Positions 10,025 through 19,368 of a DNA stretch of 64,000 nt are shown here, in pieces. This DNA comes from Nemertoderma westbladi (Eukaryota; Animalia; Xenacoelomorpha): assembly GCA_032718475.1 (NCBI GenBank), contig JAUCBJ010001846.1:248001-312000 (forward strand). The letters are read 5' to 3'. Position 1 is the first letter of the stretch; every line of letters starts with the position of its first letter. The position numbers and the translations under genes were made by a program. The notes beneath the pieces were generated by a model. That model worked only from the letters and a program-made list of their open reading frames with translations. It was not told where the DNA came from and made no database searches.

Positions 10025-10720
10025 ATGAAAAATGGCTTAAAGCATTTGGCCATTATCCCAGATGGCAATCGTCGCTGGGCAAAGGTCAACAGGGTGAGCA
10101 TATTGTCAGCCTACAAAGCCGGCATACAGACCTTAAAGCAGGTGATTAAACAATGTTTGGTACATCAAATTCCTTTTGTGAGTGTCTACGGACTTAGTAC
10201 CGAAAATACCAAGCAGCGGTCGAAATCAGCCCTAATCAGTTTATTAAATAGTTTTTTTCATGCCAAAGAACACCAGCAGCTAGTCGATTTTTTCATCACC
10301 CACCACATTCGCTGTCATTTGGTCGGGGATTTATCCTTTTTCTCACCATCCCATCAAAAATTTCTGAAAAAATTAAGTGAACCTGCAATTAATCAGCCTG
10401 CTTTAACCGTATTGCTTCATATTAATTATGGGGGTAAGCAGGAAATATTAGCTGCTGTGAACCATTGTTTACTCAACCATGGTCAAAAAACACCATTAAC
10501 GCTAGACGATTTTTGTGGTCATTTTAATAGTCACGGTGCCCCCTCGCCTGATCTGCTGCTTCGAACAGGCGGGTATGCAAGGTTGAGTAATTATTTACTG
10601 TGGCATATCGATTACACAGAAATTTATTTTGAACCTTGTTTGTGGTCAGACTTTAACAACGAATTATTTGAAAAAATGTATCAATGGTTTCATCAACAAC
10701 AACGTAATTTTGGTCAATAA
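10025..10720 (+). CDS. uppS: Undecaprenyl diphosphate synthase
   Basis: IPDGNRRWA, STEN, NYGG, PDLLLRTGG..RLSNYLLW, RNFG. Confidence 0.93.
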   Translation: MKNGLKHLAIIPDGNRRWAKVNRVSILSAYKAGIQTLKQVIKQCLVHQIPFVSVYGLSTENTKQRSKSALISLLNSFFHAKEHQQLVDFFITHHIRCHLVGDLSFFSPSHQKFLKKLSEPAINQPALTVLLHINYGGKQEILAAVNHCLLNHGQKTPLTLDDFCGHFNSHGAPSPDLLLRTGGYARLSNYLLWHIDYTEIYFEPCLWSDFNNELFEKMYQWFHQQQRNFGQ

Positions 10721-10730
10721 ATTATCTGGC

Positions 10731-11564
10731 GTGCTAACACGTTTGTTAGTAGCCGCTTTAATAGGCGGCCTTTTTATAGGGGTTATGTTATGGGCACCGA
10801 CCTCGGTGATACTACTTGCCCTTTCGGTTATGCTGGCTTACGTGTTGTTTGAATGGTTTTGTTTATGCGGTTTGTATTTGCGTTGGCATTATGCATTATT
10901 GTTGTTATTGGCTGTGGAAATTATAGTATTCTTTGCTTATTTTTCCTTTTTGATAGGGTCTTATACATTGATTATGAGTGTGGTCAGTGTCATGGTCATC
11001 ACACAAATGGTGCTATCGGTTATGGCCTTGTGGCAGTATTCAACCAATCGCTTAAAACAAACGCACACAAATTACTGGCGTTTTTCAGGCATTCTGGTGC
11101 TTTTGATCAATGCGTTTTGCATGGTCTTTTTGTTGCATATTCACCCCACCTTCTTGTTGTATTCGTTTATGATCGTTTGGTTGGCAGATTCAGGCGCTTG
11201 GGTGGTAGGTTATTTTTGGGGCAGTCGACCGTTTATGCAGCATATTAGTCCTAAAAAAACGTGGGAAGGTTTTGGGGGGGGGTATGGCATCACACTATTA
11301 GGGGCTTATGTTTTATTGCAGATTGATTGGGAAAGTCTTAGTGTCCTAAGAAAGATCAGTCATCTTTCATTTTTGAGTTTGGTAACGAGCACATTTTTGG
11401 CAACCATGGTGGGCGATTTATTGATCAGTGCGATTAAAAGGGTTGTGGGTGTTAAAGATACAGGGACACTGTTACCTGGTCATGGTGGTTTGTTGGATCG
11501 TTTAGATGGCGCACTTTTAGCTGTGCCAACTTTTTGTGTGATGTTTTTACTAATTATGGGCTGA
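10731..11564 (+). CDS. cdsA: Phosphatidate cytidylyltransferase
   Basis: ISPKKTWEG, GDL..SAIKR..GVKDTGTLLPGHGGLLDRLD; start approximate (GTG 10731). Confidence 0.93.
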   Translation: MLTRLLVAALIGGLFIGVMLWAPTSVILLALSVMLAYVLFEWFCLCGLYLRWHYALLLLLAVEIIVFFAYFSFLIGSYTLIMSVVSVMVITQMVLSVMALWQYSTNRLKQTHTNYWRFSGILVLLINAFCMVFLLHIHPTFLLYSFMIVWLADSGAWVVGYFWGSRPFMQHISPKKTWEGFGGGYGITLLGAYVLLQIDWESLSVLRKISHLSFLSLVTSTFLATMVGDLLISAIKRVVGVKDTGTLLPGHGGLLDRLDGALLAVPTFCVMFLLIMG

Positions 11565-11581
11565 CCTCATTTGATTGGAAG

Positions 11582-12649
11582 TTAGGTATTGAGTTTGCCA
11601 TTGACTGAAAGCCACACTGCCAAGTGACGAGTTTTTTGAATATTGGACAATATAATCAACACCACCACCATAATAGGAACGGCTAAAAACATACCCAATA
11701 TGCCCCAAATGCTTCCCCAAAAAATGAGTGATACAATCACCACCAGTGGGCTTAAATTTAATGAAGCGCCCAGCATTTTAGGTTCAACCACATTTCCCAT
11801 CACAACTTGTAAAGTTGTCATGGCCAGTAAAATCCATAAAGCAGTTTGAATGCCTGAGAATTGTACAATTGAAAAAACAAATGGAAACAGGGTTGCAATC
11901 ATTGAGCCCACATTGGGAATAAAATTGAGTAAAAAAATTAAAAAAGCCCATAAAAACGCAAAATCAAGTTGAAAAAAAAGCATAATGATATAAGCGATGG
12001 TTGATGTGGTTAAACTAATTAGTGTTTTTAGAACAAAGTATTGTTTAATTGAGTAAATGATTTCTTTGATAATGTTTTGAGTGGCTAAAAGTTGTCTGGA
12101 ATTGGTAAGGCTTAACATTATTTTTTGATGAAAATACTTTTTTTCAGACAGAAGAAATAGCACGTAAAAAAATACCATCAACAAATAGCCAGCCATGTTG
12201 GTTGAGATACTAATGAAGTTTTGAAAAATCACAACTAAATTAATGTTGCTAAAAAAGCCTATAATACCGCTTAAAAAACTGATTATATCGTCGGTGAATT
12301 TAATGACTTGCCCCAAACTGTTGAGTTGTTTTTCAATGTTTTGGATATACAGCTCTAAATTGATATAAAAATCTTGTATATATTGGGTAATTAAATTAAA
12401 TATCAAAAATAGTAGGCAAAAAATTGCTACAATAACAAGTATTTGTTGAACCCAATTGGGCAGTCGTTTAAATAAGTAAAATTGTTTTAGATAGTCTTGA
12501 AAAACACTGATACCAAAGGCAATAAAACCTGCCAATATCAGGGGAATGAGTATCCATTTTCCCAGATATAAAAAGCCGATTATTAATCCTACCAGCAACA
12601 GGGCATTGATCAATTTTTTCAAAATTTTGATTAAGGCTGAAATCCTCAT
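11582..12649 (-). CDS. AI-2E family transporter (TqsA/YhhT-like)
   Basis: Highly hydrophobic; FLLNFIPNVG, GNVVEPKMLG..LNLSPL, WG.IWGILGMFLAVP; start 12649 or 12694. Confidence 0.88.
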   Translation of the reverse strand: MRISALIKILKKLINALLLVGLIIGFLYLGKWILIPLILAGFIAFGISVFQDYLKQFYLFKRLPNWVQQILVIVAIFCLLFLIFNLITQYIQDFYINLELYIQNIEKQLNSLGQVIKFTDDIISFLSGIIGFFSNINLVVIFQNFISISTNMAGYLLMVFFYVLFLLSEKKYFHQKIMLSLTNSRQLLATQNIIKEIIYSIKQYFVLKTLISLTTSTIAYIIMLFFQLDFAFLWAFLIFLLNFIPNVGSMIATLFPFVFSIVQFSGIQTALWILLAMTTLQVVMGNVVEPKMLGASLNLSPLVVIVSLIFWGSIWGILGMFLAVPIMVVVLIILSNIQKTRHLAVWLSVNGKLNT

Positions 12650-12696
12650 AAGAATGTATTCTATTTTAAGTAATTGATCAATCCCTTTTATCACGT

Positions 12697-13875
12697 ATGA
12701 TCACCATTTTAGGGGCCACCGGCTCAATTGGAAAAAGCACTTTGGCGGTTCTCAGCCAACACCCAACGCTATCTATTTTTGCCTTGGTCGCTCATCAAAA
12801 CGCCATAGCGCTGCTTGAGTTAATACAAAAACACCAACCACGTTATGCGGTGTTATTTAACAAAAAAGCCTATGAATCACTTAAAAACACACTGCCATTA
12901 GGGTGTAAAACCCAGTGTTTATGGGGGGATGAGGGGGTTCGTTTTGTCACCGTTCATGATCAGGTCACAACCGTGGTGTCAGCCATCAGCGGAGCCTCTG
13001 GGTTAAAGGCTACCTATTGGGCTGTTTCGGCCGCTAAACGGGTACTGTTAGCCAATAAAGAAAGTTTGGTCATTGCAGGGGGGTTGATTCAAAAAAAGGC
13101 ACAAGTAACAGGCGCGCAAATTATCCCTATCGATAGTGAGCACCACGCCTTATGGCAATGCGGTTTTGGAAAGCTATCACAATCCAATTTACTTGATGAG
13201 TATGATGATATTACCAAGGTGGTTTTAACCGCTTCAGGGGGAGGGTTGCGCGATGTGCCACTTGATCAGTTGCCTAATGTTTCTATCAAGCAGGCCTTAA
13301 AACACCCCAACTGGTCAATGGGCAAAAAAATCACCATTGATTCAGCTACCATGGTCAACAAAGTGTTAGAGGTGATCGAGGCCTTTTATTTGTTTAATTT
13401 AAAAAAAGAGATGATTGATGTTTGGCTCCACCCACAAAGTTTGGTGCATGGGTTGGTAGGCTTTAAAAACGGCCATTATGTGGCCAGCTTATCCCAGCCG
13501 GATATGCGGGTGACATTAGCCTCTGCCCTGATGTGGCCGAAACATTTGGAATCGGGCGTTGAGCTGCCAAATTTGTTGGATTTCTCAAGACTTGATTTCT
13601 CCCCTGTTGATGTTGGGCGTTACCCGGTGATGAAATTAATGCCTGATCTACTTAAATTTAACACCAGTGAATCAATTGTTTTTAACACCGCCAATGAAAT
13701 AGCAGTTGAGGCTTTTTTACATCAAAAAATTTTATTCACCGATATTGTGCACTTAATAACAGATGCCTTAAACCAAGTGTCCCCCACCACTATTAGTGAT
13801 TTTGAATCCATTCAAGTCATTCAAGCGCAAACAACTGATGTGATGCAAAAACTTTTAAAAAAAGTCATGCAATGA
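12697..13875 (+). CDS. dxr: 1-deoxy-D-xylulose 5-phosphate reductoisomerase
   Basis: ILGATGSIG, LANKESL, PIDSEH, HPNWSMGKKITIDSATM. Confidence 0.97.
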   Translation: MITILGATGSIGKSTLAVLSQHPTLSIFALVAHQNAIALLELIQKHQPRYAVLFNKKAYESLKNTLPLGCKTQCLWGDEGVRFVTVHDQVTTVVSAISGASGLKATYWAVSAAKRVLLANKESLVIAGGLIQKKAQVTGAQIIPIDSEHHALWQCGFGKLSQSNLLDEYDDITKVVLTASGGGLRDVPLDQLPNVSIKQALKHPNWSMGKKITIDSATMVNKVLEVIEAFYLFNLKKEMIDVWLHPQSLVHGLVGFKNGHYVASLSQPDMRVTLASALMWPKHLESGVELPNLLDFSRLDFSPVDVGRYPVMKLMPDLLKFNTSESIVFNTANEIAVEAFLHQKILFTDIVHLITDALNQVSPTTISDFESIQVIQAQTTDVMQKLLKKVMQ

Positions 13876-15191
13876 TCATACTTCATTTTTTATTAACCTT
13901 GCTTGTCATACTCATTGTGCATGAGGCAGGGCATTTGATAGCCGCCAGAAGTTTGGGTATTTTGGTTAAAACCTTTTCAATTGGTTTAGGGCCAGCGCTT
14001 TTTAATTATAAGTATTGGGGAATACATTGGCGTTTGGGTTGTGTGCCGCTGGGGGGGTATGTGCAGTTTTTTGAGCCCGATCAATTAGAGACTTTGGATA
14101 TAAAAAATGCTTATGTCAATCAAACTGTGTGGAAAAAGGCTATTGTGATTTTAGCAGGCCCTTTGGCAAATTTTTTGTTAGCGTATGTCATTTTTGTAGG
14201 CATTTTTATGCAAGGCGTGATGGGTGTTGTGCCGATGGTTGCATCTGTTCACCCAACCGATCATATCATGTTGGAGAATATAGTGCCCAAGGATCAACTA
14301 ATGGCGGTTAACGAGCAAGTAGTTGAAACGGTTCAGGCAGCTAACCAACAATTATTAAGTGCCATGTTAAGTCAAAGAGAAGCTGTTTTGACATTAAAAA
14401 GGGGCGGTCAACTTGTAGAAGGCCGCCTGTGGCATGACTTTGAGTTTGTGTCTAAAGCATCCGTTGCACAGTGGGTGGGGTTGTTGAGGTGGCAGGCACC
14501 TGATTTTTTGCCGATTGTGGGTCAAATAAACCCTGAAAGTCCTGCTCAACTATCAAGTTTTCATCAAGGGGATCGAATCATTAGTGCAGATGGAAAAGTA
14601 ATTGAAAGCTGGCATAAGTGGCGAGACTATGTGCAGGCACGACCCAATGTGGCTATTAACGTTTCGATCATTCGTCGCGGTGGTGATCATCAATTGAAAT
14701 TAATACCTCAAAGGAAAATCATCAATGGACAGGCAGTGGGTTTTGCTGGTATGGGGGTGGATCAATCACAAGCCAATGCCTTGAATGTGGCGTGGCAGTC
14801 GTATGGGTTTTTTGAAAGTTTTCAATATGGGTTTGATCGTTTTATTCAAGTATTTTGGTTAAGTATTCGATCGATTGGTGGGCTATTTTCAGGTTTTTTT
14901 GGGTTGGATAATTTATCCGGCCCTATTTCGATTGCGTATTATGCTGATCAGTCAGCCGAGGTGGGTATTTTGGAATTTTTGTCGTTTATAGCACTGTTAA
15001 GTATTGGTATTGGGTTGATGAATTTATTGCCTGTGCCTATTTTAGATGGCGGTCAATTTGTGTGGTTATTTTTAGAAAAATTGAGATTTTTTAGACAACC
15101 TAGCGTTCAGCGTTGGTTATATTTTTTAAGTGTTCTTGCAATATTGGCTTTATTTGTGGTGGCTATATATAATGATTTGAAATCTTTTTAG
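13872..15191 (+). CDS. rseP: RIP metalloprotease RseP
   Basis: HEAGH zinc motif, PLGGYV, AGPLAN, PDZ domains, NLLPVPILDGG. Confidence 0.95.
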   Translation: MIILHFLLTLLVILIVHEAGHLIAARSLGILVKTFSIGLGPALFNYKYWGIHWRLGCVPLGGYVQFFEPDQLETLDIKNAYVNQTVWKKAIVILAGPLANFLLAYVIFVGIFMQGVMGVVPMVASVHPTDHIMLENIVPKDQLMAVNEQVVETVQAANQQLLSAMLSQREAVLTLKRGGQLVEGRLWHDFEFVSKASVAQWVGLLRWQAPDFLPIVGQINPESPAQLSSFHQGDRIISADGKVIESWHKWRDYVQARPNVAINVSIIRRGGDHQLKLIPQRKIINGQAVGFAGMGVDQSQANALNVAWQSYGFFESFQYGFDRFIQVFWLSIRSIGGLFSGFFGLDNLSGPISIAYYADQSAEVGILEFLSFIALLSIGIGLMNLLPVPILDGGQFVWLFLEKLRFFRQPSVQRWLYFLSVLAILALFVVAIYNDLKSF

Positions 15192-15203
15192 ATTAATTGC
15201 TTT

Positions 15204-17468
15204 ATGAAGTGCCGTTTCTTATTTGCATCATTGTTTTGCTTGCTCATAACAGTTGGATTTGCTGAGGTTGTTGAGGAAATTAAAATTATTAATTTGTCAC
15301 GCGTTAATAAGTCGTCTGTCATTAAAGCATTCAAGCCGTTTGAGCGTCAAAATTTTGACGTAGTCGCTAAAAAAATACCGGCGACACTTAAGCGTTTATA
15401 TAATACCGGGCAGTTTAAGGACATTAATGTGTCTTTTGAACAAAATGTGCTGATTGTGGAATTGCATGAGCGCCCGGTTGTGACTTCAATTGAGGTGGTA
15501 GGGTTGTCTGAAAATGAGCTTGATGAAGACGATATTAAAGAGGTGTTATCTAATTATTTTAATGTGGGTGATCAGTTTGATGAATCGCTTGTTGTGCAGG
15601 CAGTAGAGAATATATTAGCGGTTTATCGTTTAAAGGGTTATTTTTCTGCCAAGGTTGATATTGAATTTGAGACCTTGTCTTTGAATCGCGTGAAGCTAAA
15701 AGTGATGACTAAGGAAAATTCTTTATCGCGTGTTGAAAAAATTATGATCAATGGGGTGAGAAACTTTCCCGTTAATCAGATAGAGGGGTTGTTATTATTT
15801 GAAGCCCAAACTTTATTATCAAGCATTACCGATAGTGATGTATTTTCGGTTCAAAAATTGGAAGCCAGCTTAGATAGGATTAAATCCTTTTACCTTGAAC
15901 AGGGTTATTTGGATTTTAAAATATTGTCTTATGATTGGGTGCAATCGTTAGGCTCAGAGGCTTTGGTGGTTTATTTGAATATGAAGGAGGGGTTCCGTTA
16001 TCAGGTCAACTCGGTTAATTTGCTGAGTGCTCTGAGACGTAACCATGCGTATTTTGAGCCATTAATTAATATAAAAACAGGTGCCCCTTATCAGCATAGC
16101 CAATTGGGCGAGATGATTACCAAAATACAAAATGTGTACCAAAGCTTTGGGTATTCTTATGGGGAAGTGAACTATGAGGTGAAAAAAAATGCGGAACTTG
16201 GTTTGGTGGATATATTTTTATCGGTTAAATCCAGTATTGTCAGTTATGTTTATCGCATTGATTTTATGGGTAATTCAAAAACTTATGACGATGTTTTGCG
16301 TCAAGAACTTGTATTCTCAGAAGGGCAAATATTTTCTAAGCAAGCCTTGGACGATTCAGTTGGGCGTTTAAACACCTTGGGTTTTTTTAATAATGTGAGT
16401 TATGAAATCACTCCTTACGATAATCACCCTTCTTTATTGGTTGTTAGAATAATGATTGATGAGAAACAAAACACAGGCCAGTGGAATGCAGGGGGGGCTT
16501 ATAGCAATGCCGGTGGGTTTTCTTATAACATGTCGTTTCAACAACCTAATTTTTTAGGCTCAGGGGATGATATTCAAGCGTCATTTAACAAGGCGCTTTC
16601 AACAATGGCCTCCCAGTTTAAGGTGCAATATAATGATCGTCGGTTCAATGAGTCAGATGCCAACTTACTTTCAGAAGTATCTTATCTGATATCGGATAAT
16701 TCAGTGAATAGTTACCAAACAGATGTCTATTCAGCAAAGGTTGTCCACCAGCAGATTTTATCACAAAAAGCCGGCACTTATTTTAATGTTGGCCTTAGGG
16801 GTTCGATGACCGATTTAAGTTGTTCAGCCAGCTTTAAGCTAGAGGAAACATTGTGCAGCTATTCTAGGCTAAATTTGTACAATATTGATTTGAGTTACAT
16901 CAAAAATAAGTTAAAAACAGCCGACTTTCCAATTGATGGTAATTTATTTTCATTTACAGTCGGTGCGGGCTTGGGGGATTTTACCTACCCCAAAGCGGAG
17001 CTAGGTTTTAAATCTTATAGCACCAGTGATAGCATAACCCTTAGAGCGGAGGCATCCCTTAAGGCCATTTTTGCCAAGCCAGAAGAAGTACCTTTCTTTA
17101 ATCGCTATTTTTTGGACAATGCATCGACCATTCGCGGGTTTAATACTGATCAGTTTGCAGACCGTTACACCTCAGTGAACCAATCTAAAGGGGGTAATTT
17201 AGTGACTGTTTTAAAGCTAGAAGCTGCTTATAACCCAAGTGAGCAGGGCATTGACGGGGTACGGTTAGGTGTATTTGTTGATACTGGTTATATTCATGAA
17301 AGTGTTGATACCTTTAGCTTTAGCAATATACGCGCCTCAGCTGGACTTAGTGCGCATTGGATGTCTCCATTTGGTCCTGTTAGCCTGTTTAAAGCATGGC
17401 CGATATTAGAACAGGCAACTGACACCTTTAGCAAGGATTTTACATTTTCTTTGGGTAACAACTTTTAA
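15204..17468 (+). CDS. bamA: Outer membrane protein assembly factor BamA
   Basis: POTRA repeats (GNSKTYDDVLRQE), IRGF motif, WMSPFGP, ends FSLGNNF; synteny. Confidence 0.93.
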   Translation: MKCRFLFASLFCLLITVGFAEVVEEIKIINLSRVNKSSVIKAFKPFERQNFDVVAKKIPATLKRLYNTGQFKDINVSFEQNVLIVELHERPVVTSIEVVGLSENELDEDDIKEVLSNYFNVGDQFDESLVVQAVENILAVYRLKGYFSAKVDIEFETLSLNRVKLKVMTKENSLSRVEKIMINGVRNFPVNQIEGLLLFEAQTLLSSITDSDVFSVQKLEASLDRIKSFYLEQGYLDFKILSYDWVQSLGSEALVVYLNMKEGFRYQVNSVNLLSALRRNHAYFEPLINIKTGAPYQHSQLGEMITKIQNVYQSFGYSYGEVNYEVKKNAELGLVDIFLSVKSSIVSYVYRIDFMGNSKTYDDVLRQELVFSEGQIFSKQALDDSVGRLNTLGFFNNVSYEITPYDNHPSLLVVRIMIDEKQNTGQWNAGGAYSNAGGFSYNMSFQQPNFLGSGDDIQASFNKALSTMASQFKVQYNDRRFNESDANLLSEVSYLISDNSVNSYQTDVYSAKVVHQQILSQKAGTYFNVGLRGSMTDLSCSASFKLEETLCSYSRLNLYNIDLSYIKNKLKTADFPIDGNLFSFTVGAGLGDFTYPKAELGFKSYSTSDSITLRAEASLKAIFAKPEEVPFFNRYFLDNASTIRGFNTDQFADRYTSVNQSKGGNLVTVLKLEAAYNPSEQGIDGVRLGVFVDTGYIHESVDTFSFSNIRASAGLSAHWMSPFGPVSLFKAWPILEQATDTFSKDFTFSLGNNF

Positions 17469-17514
17469 CGTGTTACGTTATAATTGCTTTTTTAAGAATG
17501 ACACACATGTTTTT

Positions 17515-18048
17515 ATGAACAAGCGTTTTTATTGGTTTTATTTTGTTATTGCTTTATTTTTCACCTCCAATTTGTACGCGGATGCTCAGCTTAAAATTGG
17601 TGTGGTAGATGTCTCAAAGCTTGTTCAAGAATCCCCCCAAGCCAAAGCAGCCAATAAAATACTTTCAGAGGAATTCAAGCCCCAAGAAGAACAAATTCGA
17701 AAAATCACGCGAGAGATTGTTGAAAGTACTGAAGAATATAAGCGCAATCGGTCTATCATGACAGAACAGCGCGCTGCTGAAATAGAAAGTGAGCTGTTTA
17801 TCAAAGAGCGTAATCTAAAGCGCCTACAAACTGATTTTCAAGAGGCGCTTTCAAGGCGGCGTAATTTAAAACTATCAGAAACCTTATTGGTTATTCGTCA
17901 AACCATTGTTAAGGTCAGTCACAAAAATAATTATGACCTTGTATTGTATCTTGAAGGTAATGCCGCTTATGTTAACAACCGCCTTGATATCACCAGTGCT
18001 GTGTTAGATCAATTACAGGCTGACCACCAAAAAGCAATTGGTCAATAA
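17515..18048 (+). CDS. skp: Periplasmic chaperone Skp/OmpH
   Basis: Signal peptide, KIGVVDV, coiled coil, YDLVL, LDITSAVL; follows bamA. Confidence 0.9.
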   Translation: MNKRFYWFYFVIALFFTSNLYADAQLKIGVVDVSKLVQESPQAKAANKILSEEFKPQEEQIRKITREIVESTEEYKRNRSIMTEQRAAEIESELFIKERNLKRLQTDFQEALSRRRNLKLSETLLVIRQTIVKVSHKNNYDLVLYLEGNAAYVNNRLDITSAVLDQLQADHQKAIGQ

Positions 18049-18542
18049 TGGTTGATATTGAGGAGATCAAAAAAATACTGCCCCATGGGCATGGTTTTTT
18101 ATTAATTGATCGGATCATTAGTTTTGAAGCTAAAAAGCAAATTAGTGCGATTAAAAATGTGACTTACACTGAACCTTGTTTTGCTTCTCATTTTGACAAA
18201 TTGTCTGTTTTACCCGGCATGTTGATGCTTGAATCCGGTTTTCAGGCTGCCGCGGTGATGTGGTATAAAAGTTTTTTTGAAGAAAAATATCCAGTTGATA
18301 GTGATTTTTCACCACTGATCTTTGCTAGCCAAATTAAAGAAGCTTCTTTTAAACAGCCTGTTTTTCCGGGCGATACGTTGACTATTTGTGTTGAGCATGT
18401 GGCCTGTAAAATGAATTTTTATTTTGCACGGGCTTCTTTTCGGATAGAAGATGGTCGAGAACAAACCGAGGTAGCCAATAGCCTCTTTAGCGGGTATTTC
18501 AAGATTGAATCATTGTTCAATCATGATCATTTTAGGGGTTGA
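18048..18542 (+). CDS. fabZ: 3-hydroxyacyl-ACP dehydratase (divergent)
   Basis: ILPH..FLLIDR, AIKNVT, F.SHF...LPG.L.LE, FKQPVFPGD. Confidence 0.85.
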   Translation: MVDIEEIKKILPHGHGFLLIDRIISFEAKKQISAIKNVTYTEPCFASHFDKLSVLPGMLMLESGFQAAAVMWYKSFFEEKYPVDSDFSPLIFASQIKEASFKQPVFPGDTLTICVEHVACKMNFYFARASFRIEDGREQTEVANSLFSGYFKIESLFNHDHFRG

Positions 18543-19092
18543 CGAGGTTGGTCGCGGTGCGATTGCAGGGCCTGTGTATGCAGCCGCCGTTATTTTGCCC
18601 CAAAATTTTGACACTACACTTACCGATTCAAAAAAATTAAGCTCTGCCAAGCGTTATAAGTTGGATCAATTAATTCGAGATCAAGCCGTTGATTGGTCAA
18701 TCGGCAGTGCCAGTGTGCTTGAAATTGAACAACACAATATTTTAGGTGCCTCACTCTTAGCCATGAAACGAGCCATTGAAAGGATTGGTGCTTCATTTAA
18801 TCAAATATGTATTGATGGCTTGCATCAACCTGAGCTTAATATACCTGACAACGTTCAGGTCAAAACCCTTGTCAAAGGGGATGTTATCTGCCCAGCAATT
18901 AGTGCTGCAAGCATTATCGCCAAGGTGGCGCGTGATCGCTACATGGCTGTTTTAGATAAATACTACAAACACTATCAATTTAGTAAACATAAAGGCTACC
19001 CTACCCATTTGCACATTGAATGTTTAGATGAATATGGTGTATCGGGGATTCATCGGCGGGGTTTTAAACCCATTAAAAGCCGATTGGCTTAA
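18523..19092 (+). CDS. rnhB: Ribonuclease HII
   Basis: GVDEVGRGAIAGPV, DSKKL, ISAASIIAKVARD, HKGYPT. Confidence 0.97.
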   Translation: MIILGVDEVGRGAIAGPVYAAAVILPQNFDTTLTDSKKLSSAKRYKLDQLIRDQAVDWSIGSASVLEIEQHNILGASLLAMKRAIERIGASFNQICIDGLHQPELNIPDNVQVKTLVKGDVICPAISAASIIAKVARDRYMAVLDKYYKHYQFSKHKGYPTHLHIECLDEYGVSGIHRRGFKPIKSRLA

Positions 19093-19368
19093 GGAGTAAG
19101 TAATTTTTGTTTACTTCTAATTTGAGAGTGGATTTTTCCTATGTTATTGAAAAACTTAAAAGTTCAACAATGTGTCATTGTTTTGTTAAAAAACATTTTG
19201 TCAAATGCAAAAAATAAACAAGATAGTCACCAATATTTAACGTATTAATGAAAGCATTCAATCAATGATCCTTGATAAGTTAAAATTGTTAGTGCTATTT
19301 TTAAAATAAAAAGCTAATCACCAAGCGTTTATGGGATACCCAGTGTTGGAGTCATTAATCTAAATTTT

